The translations under genes were made by a program, and so were the position numbers. From Candidatus Sungiibacteriota bacterium (GTDB lineage Bacteria; Patescibacteriota; Minisyncoccia; Sungbacterales; HO2-52-23), in assembly GCA_016206285.1 (NCBI GenBank), contig JACQRW010000024.1:1376-65375 (forward strand): DNA of 64,000 nucleotides, written 5' to 3'. Every line of letters starts with the position of its first letter. The stretch's first letter is position 1. The notes under the pieces are model-generated. The model had not been told where the DNA came from. It made no database searches and saw only the letters and a program-made list of their open reading frames with translations. Shown here piece by piece: positions 59,105 through 64,000 of the stretch.

Positions 59105-59644
59105 TTAATACGTCCCTCGGAGCGCCGCTGCGGCGTGCAGTGTGCTTGAGGCTGTGAACTGCGCATCTGCGAAGCCGGTGATCTGCAGCGTAATTACCAC
59201 CGCTTCGCGCCCAAGCCCCTGGCTGATCTGGTCAAACCGCATCTGGTTGACGCGCACCGACGGCGAAGTTACAGACGTAGTGGCCGCTCCCTCTTTGCGC
59301 ATCCAGACCCTGCCGTTATCGAGCCAGAAATCAATGTGGTTGACTGTCTCTTCGGAAGACGCCCCGACGGGTGTTACAATGCTCAATTGCCCCGCATTGC
59401 TTCCAAACACGCTTGTCGGGCTGTAAATCGCCTGGCTGCCTGAAATCTGCTGCATGAGTTGCTCTATAACCAAGCGCCCGTTTGAAACCACGCTGCGTTG
59501 GGCGCGCACCCGGTCATACGTGCGCACCACCCGCATCAGTGTTGCAATAATGAGCACCATAAACACGCTCAACATGCCCACATAAATGACAAGCTCAAGC
59601 ATGCTGATTCCCGATCTGTATGTGCGACACTCGGTGTTTAACAT
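59105..59644 (-). CDS. Minor pilin (PilW/GspJ-like)
   Basis: G/ISMLELVIY prepilin motif. Confidence 0.8.
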   Translation of the reverse strand: MLNTECRTYRSGISMLELVIYVGMLSVFMVLIIATLMRVVRTYDRVRAQRSVVSNGRLVIEQLMQQISGSQAIYSPTSVFGSNAGQLSIVTPVGASSEETVNHIDFWLDNGRVWMRKEGAATTSVTSPSVRVNQMRFDQISQGLGREAVVITLQITGFADAQFTASSTLHAAAALRGTY

Positions 59645-59647
59645 ATA

Positions 59648-60673
59648 TTATGGCGAGCTATATATTTTAAATCCGAAATCATAGTTGCTCAATAAAGTAC
59701 CGCCGTAGCCCGGATCGGAAAAATGCCCCACCGAACTGCTGGCAACACCGCCCGCATAGGGATTTGAAGAACCGTATGTCCAATACAGTGTGCCGCTGCC
59801 GCCTGATCCTGCATCAGCCGCGCTTGGCCTGGCACGCAAACGAATAGTGTATTTTTTGCCTGCGCCCAAAGAAACAAAATTTTGAAACCGGAATTCAACC
59901 CATGCGCCGGAACTGGTTGAGATCGTGGTACCCGTAATCTGGCTGGAGACGCCAAGCACGTTCCCCAAGGCATTTTCGCGGAGTTCGGCATACACATCCG
60001 ACGGAGCGGCGGCCGCATCGCGCCGGAGCAGCAGATCAATCCGCGAAACTTTTATGGCACTCGCCGGAGCAAGAAAAGACTGTGTCAAATCGCCGCTGCC
60101 GTCTCCGGAAGGAAAACTAAAATTAGATTCGTTCCCCGCATTTTCGTACGAAACCTGTTTGGTTTCTCCGGCGCCGCCCAGCGATGCCTGAAAATTCGTG
60201 ATATATGAAATAACACTGGAACTTTTTCCGCTCCCCCACTCAACACGGCTGGTCACTTTTCTCGTATTGGCATCTGCGGTTCCGGATGCGGCAATTTTGT
60301 CCTGGCTGTCGCGGAATACTTTGGCAAACGTGACAAAGCGCGTATAGGTGCCGTTGATGGCCGGCTGCGCCGCAGCGGTCAACTGCCATTTTCCGTTTTG
60401 CACAACCGGATAATAGCGGGTGGCGCCGGTGTCATCGAGAACGGCAATATTGTTTACCCACGATTCGTCCCGTACGGACCGCACCGCTTCAAGCGCCTCT
60501 CCGGCCAGCAGTGCTGCCTCCATATTTTCCTGACCGGCACGAAACAGCCGCAGCGCCGACACTTCGGCACGCATAAATACGAGAAAGGTCATGACAATGA
60601 TCCCGCATACGATGATCATTTCGATCAAGCCGAACCCGTCTTTGTTTTTCGTTTTATGTTTTATGTTTTTCAT
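59648..60673 (-). CDS. Minor pilin (PilV-like) with C-terminal beta-sandwich
   Basis: G/FGLIEMII motif, EALEAVRSVRD. Confidence 0.8.
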   Translation of the reverse strand: MKNIKHKTKNKDGFGLIEMIIVCGIIVMTFLVFMRAEVSALRLFRAGQENMEAALLAGEALEAVRSVRDESWVNNIAVLDDTGATRYYPVVQNGKWQLTAAAQPAINGTYTRFVTFAKVFRDSQDKIAASGTADANTRKVTSRVEWGSGKSSSVISYITNFQASLGGAGETKQVSYENAGNESNFSFPSGDGSGDLTQSFLAPASAIKVSRIDLLLRRDAAAAPSDVYAELRENALGNVLGVSSQITGTTISTSSGAWVEFRFQNFVSLGAGKKYTIRLRARPSAADAGSGGSGTLYWTYGSSNPYAGGVASSSVGHFSDPGYGGTLLSNYDFGFKIYSSP

Positions 60674-60676
60674 GTA

Positions 60677-61657
60677 CTATGGTTCCGTTATCGTCCCGCC
60701 GGACGAGCCCACGGTAAGCGTACGGCAATCCGCCTCGTAGGTGGCAATCCAGCTCGCGTCAATTTCAATTTTGACTTTTTTGGTATTCAGGCGGCAATCA
60801 CGATCTATGGAAAGCGCAGTATCGGCACCGGAAAGCGCCAGGGTATGTATGCGCAGTACCTGGTCAAATCCGCCGATCGTGTTGGTTCCGGACCAGTCGA
60901 ATTTTGTTTTGCCGCCGTCAAAGTAGCCGGCCATGGGAATGGTCACTACCGTATCTGTGCCGGGCGGATCCGAAAACGTAAGTTTCAGGTTGGCTGAATC
61001 CTGAATGCTCCAGCCCAGTTGATACGAGCGGTGGCGCGTATCAAATACCCTGCTGTTGGACGGCGTTGCTGCGGGCTGCGATTCATACACCTTGCCGGTT
61101 TTTTCTATTACTACGCTGCCGGACAATGCCGCAGATCCTGGAACCTGCATAGTAAAAGAGCCGTCCTGATCGGTCTCGCCGCTCAATTGTTTAAATACCA
61201 CATCAGCACCGCCGCCGGTGAGTGAAATCGCCGCAATCTGAACAGTCTGTGGAAGCAAGAACGCCTGCGTGTAGGTGGCCGACGCATACGAGCTTCCCCG
61301 AAAAAGAATTGCCTGCGTCTGTTCCAGATGAACGCCCCAGACAGACCCGTCCTCTCCGGCAAGGGTACGCGCCTGCGCCGTGCGCAAGAAAGAGATCACG
61401 CTCTCCCGCGATGTCGTCAGATCGTGGGTATTGCGCGAATTGATAAAAGATGCGAGCACCATGCCAGCCAGCAAAGTCGCGATCCCGGCAACAATTATGA
61501 TTTCAATAAAAGTAAACCCTGTGTTTCCCGAAGAATTTTCAGATTTGAGCGCAGTTCGAGGCGCGGGTGAGCACCGAAGTAAGGCGTAGGATTCCCTACG
61601 CCGTCGAGGAGCGGAACCCGCAACAAAGAAATGTGCCAAAAATGAAAATTCTTTCAT
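60677..61657 (-). CDS. Minor pilin (FimT/GspH-like)
   Basis: G/FTFIEIII motif after an unusually long leader. Confidence 0.8.
   Translation of the reverse strand: MKEFSFLAHFFVAGSAPRRRRESYALLRCSPAPRTALKSENSSGNTGFTFIEIIIVAGIATLLAGMVLASFINSRNTHDLTTSRESVISFLRTAQARTLAGEDGSVWGVHLEQTQAILFRGSSYASATYTQAFLLPQTVQIAAISLTGGGADVVFKQLSGETDQDGSFTMQVPGSAALSGSVVIEKTGKVYESQPAATPSNSRVFDTRHRSYQLGWSIQDSANLKLTFSDPPGTDTVVTIPMAGYFDGGKTKFDWSGTNTIGGFDQVLRIHTLALSGADTALSIDRDCRLNTKKVKIEIDASWIATYEADCRTLTVGSSGGTITEP
61531..61653. mobile_element. 123-bp MITE-like element in frame in a prepilin leader
   Basis: 11-bp terminal inverted repeats AAGAATTTTCA/TGAAAATTCTT; internal hairpin GGCGTAGG-ATTC-CCTACGCC. Confidence 0.65.
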
Positions 61658-62883
61658 ATGTTGTTTAGGCTGCCATAAATCGGCTGCAGCATCGCAACCG
61701 CAAAAAACCCAACGGCAATGCCGATCACGACCATAAGCAGCGGCTCGATGATCGTGGAAAGGTTTTTGGTGGTGGCGGTCACATCTTCTTCAAAAAACAG
61801 TGCAAGCCGCAGCATCATTTCCGATATTTTGCCGGTCTGCTCGCCGACACTGATCATCTGAATCACCATGGGCTGAAAAAGCTGCGGGTATTTTACCAAA
61901 ATCGTATGCAATTCGGTTCCTTTTTGTATTTCCGCGGATGCTTCATGCACCGCAGTCCGAAAGAGCGAATTTCCCAGTACCGACGAGGTAATCTCAAGAG
62001 ACTTTACGATCGGCACTCCGGAGGTAATCAAGTACGAGAGCGTCCGGCAAAACCGGGCAATATTGTATTTTTGGACAAGCGCCCCGAATATCGGCAGCTT
62101 CAAAACCACGCGGTCAAAAACTTCATGCCCGGCAGTACTCTTGAGCATCCGCCAAAATAAAACCCCGATTATCGCAATTCCCCCAAGCAGCCATATCCAG
62201 CGATACACTACAAAATCGCTGATAAAAATAATGATCCGCGTGCTCAAGGGCAGCTCCACGTTCAGTTCCTTGATCGTTTGCGCGAGCGACGGCACCACAT
62301 AGAGCATCATGAGCGTGCCGATCAGACAAAGCACCGTTAAAATAATAATCGGATAGGTCATGGCTCCGCGCACCCGCTTTCGCAGGTCATAATCTTTCTT
62401 CATCTGGTTGGCAAGCAGTTTGAGCACGAGTGCCAGCTTGCCCGTAGCCTCCCCCACCTCGATCATATTGATATACAGCTCGCCAAAAACATCCTGATGC
62501 GGGCGCAGGGCTTCGCCAAAAGGCTTTCCCTGCACCACCGAGCTTTTTATATCAGCCAGAATGCGCTGGAACTTTTTATTGCTCGACTGGTCTCCGGACA
62601 CTTCAAGCGCCTTGGTGAGCGGCAAGCCTGCCGACACCATGATCGCAAGATTGCGCGAAAAAAACATCTTATCCAAAATCGAAATCCCTTTCAAAGCCAC
62701 AATGAGCGCGCCAATATCCACATTAAAACGCCGTCCGGAAACAGCAGCTTTGTCTTTTGCCTCCAATAAAAATAACTCCTCAGCCTTGAGCGCCGCGGCA
62801 AGAGCTTTTTCACTTTCCGCCTCCCGCTCCCCATGCGTTGTTTTTCCCTTCTGATCCGCAGCCGTGTAAATATACATTGGCAT
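61654..62883 (-). CDS. pilC: Type IV pilus platform protein PilC (GspF family)
   Basis: FSRNLAIMVSAGLP, VGEATGKL, AMTYP, IIEP. Confidence 0.93.
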   Translation of the reverse strand: MPMYIYTAADQKGKTTHGEREAESEKALAAALKAEELFLLEAKDKAAVSGRRFNVDIGALIVALKGISILDKMFFSRNLAIMVSAGLPLTKALEVSGDQSSNKKFQRILADIKSSVVQGKPFGEALRPHQDVFGELYINMIEVGEATGKLALVLKLLANQMKKDYDLRKRVRGAMTYPIIILTVLCLIGTLMMLYVVPSLAQTIKELNVELPLSTRIIIFISDFVVYRWIWLLGGIAIIGVLFWRMLKSTAGHEVFDRVVLKLPIFGALVQKYNIARFCRTLSYLITSGVPIVKSLEITSSVLGNSLFRTAVHEASAEIQKGTELHTILVKYPQLFQPMVIQMISVGEQTGKISEMMLRLALFFEEDVTATTKNLSTIIEPLLMVVIGIAVGFFAVAMLQPIYGSLNNI

Positions 62884-63000
62884 ATGGGATTATTATACCA
62901 CTTGACGACCACGCAAACAATTGTGGATAGAAAAAAGTCAAGAAATATGCTATTGTTTCAGGTAGATATTTTACAGCTTTTCATCGAGAGGGAGAAAAGT

Positions 63001-63525
63001 ATGAAGGACGGCACACCTATTATACTGAGATTCGGGTCATGCAGTTGTCTGCCGAAAAAAATACTGTTACCACAGCACTTTACGACCAACTTCATGCATC
63101 AGGGGCGAAAAGTTACGTTGCCATTTGAAATCCAGCATGTCATTATTTCACAAGAAGAAAAGACTATGGCGCGGTTCGAGTCGCGTGTCCACCTTTTTCT
63201 CGATGCACATTATCGCGGATCTTACTGGGAGACATTTCTTGACCTCTGCGATATACACCAATGGAGCAGCAAATGTTATACTCCATATCCTTTTCGGCGT
63301 CGGGTGCGTATCGGCACGCAAGATCTCGTACTATGTGCGGAACGGTGGAAGATTTGGCAACAACCGACCCTTCCTTCTTCAGACGATATTCTCTCCGGCC
63401 TGAAAATCCTTCTCCAACGCCATAAGAGGAAACTTGGTTGGGACGCATTGCCTGCATGGTTTGCCAATATGACCCCGACAGGCTGGACGCTTCCTGAAAG
63501 TTTTTCTCTCATAGAATCATCATAG
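63001..63525 (+). CDS. Hypothetical protein
   Basis: ORF with GGAG upstream of ATG 63001; start uncertain. Confidence 0.45.
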   Translation: MKDGTPIILRFGSCSCLPKKILLPQHFTTNFMHQGRKVTLPFEIQHVIISQEEKTMARFESRVHLFLDAHYRGSYWETFLDLCDIHQWSSKCYTPYPFRRRVRIGTQDLVLCAERWKIWQQPTLPSSDDILSGLKILLQRHKRKLGWDALPAWFANMTPTGWTLPESFSLIESS

Positions 63526-63660
63526 CACGATCTTTCACCCAACCGCGGCCCTGTACTCCATGCAGAGCCGCTTTTTTATTGCTCACTGAGTAAATAAAAA
63601 GCCGCGCAATGGTGTATCGCACAGCTCAACTAATAAAAAAACTAAAAAGAGAAGGACAAT

Positions 63661-63981
63661 TTACTGGGGATTATCAAAAAGAGTCCATTTTGAAACCCGA
63701 CAGACATCTACATCATACCGTACGATTTCTTGGCCATTGTTAAATACGGCTCGAAAGTCATAACGGCAATATCCGGAACCATCGTCAATATTCACTCGCA
63801 CCTGATAGCCAGGCCTCAAAACATCGTTGCCAAGAATATCTTCTTCCCAGCCACCCCTACTGCGATTTGACGCATGAAAACGTACCATCGTATACGATGT
63901 CCGGTTGATAACTAAAACATGCCGGTCGTGGGAATCGCCCGCAAATGCCGCTATAGGAAACCATGAAAGCGCCATTACCAA
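63661..63981 (-). CDS. Small secreted protein (probably 5'-partial)
   Basis: INRTSYT...WEEDILG..VL.PG...IDDGSGYCRYDFRAVF...DVC pattern; signal-like start near the window edge. Confidence 0.7.
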   Translation of the reverse strand: MVMALSWFPIAAFAGDSHDRHVLVINRTSYTMVRFHASNRSRGGWEEDILGNDVLRPGYQVRVNIDDGSGYCRYDFRAVFNNGQEIVRYDVDVCRVSKWTLFDNPQ

Positions 63982-64000
63982 TAACGCACCGATGAAACGC

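Noticed and set aside
1-64000. Alternative genetic code (TGA=Gly, as in Gracilibacteria)
   Set aside because: Genes are full-length under code 11, many end in TGA, and RF2 is present

Overview
Chromosomal fragment that looks like a Patescibacteria/CPR (Parcubacteria-type) genome, inferred from the short IF2, the type IV pilus cluster, CPR-typical hypothetical families and promoters that point to leaderless mRNAs. Housekeeping genes (ftsEX, frameshifted prfB, gatB, rplS, infB, rbfA, hisS, an HtrA protease, pilMNO/pilC) and 16 scattered tRNAs are mixed with small accessory genes. The main oddity is a ~17.6 kb minus-strand array (11660-29273) of nine paralogous ~565-595 aa Cys-rich Zn-ribbon/solenoid proteins. 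Most are translationally coupled, their ends are near-identical in DNA while their middles have diverged, a HicBA module is embedded in the array, and a NYN RNase gene lies just upstream. Two putative RNase genes (BECR-like at 2444-2923 and NYN at 29373-29909) each face a small convergent structured RNA with its own promoter. Also seen: in-frame palindromic or MITE-like insertions in coding sequences, a His-codon leader with attenuator-like hairpins before hisS, a lone FabF, a truncated cyclodipeptide synthase and a LAGLIDADG gene overlapping a tRNA. No CRISPR array, rRNA, transposase or reverse transcriptase was recognised. All product calls are from motif recognition by eye; no searches were run.
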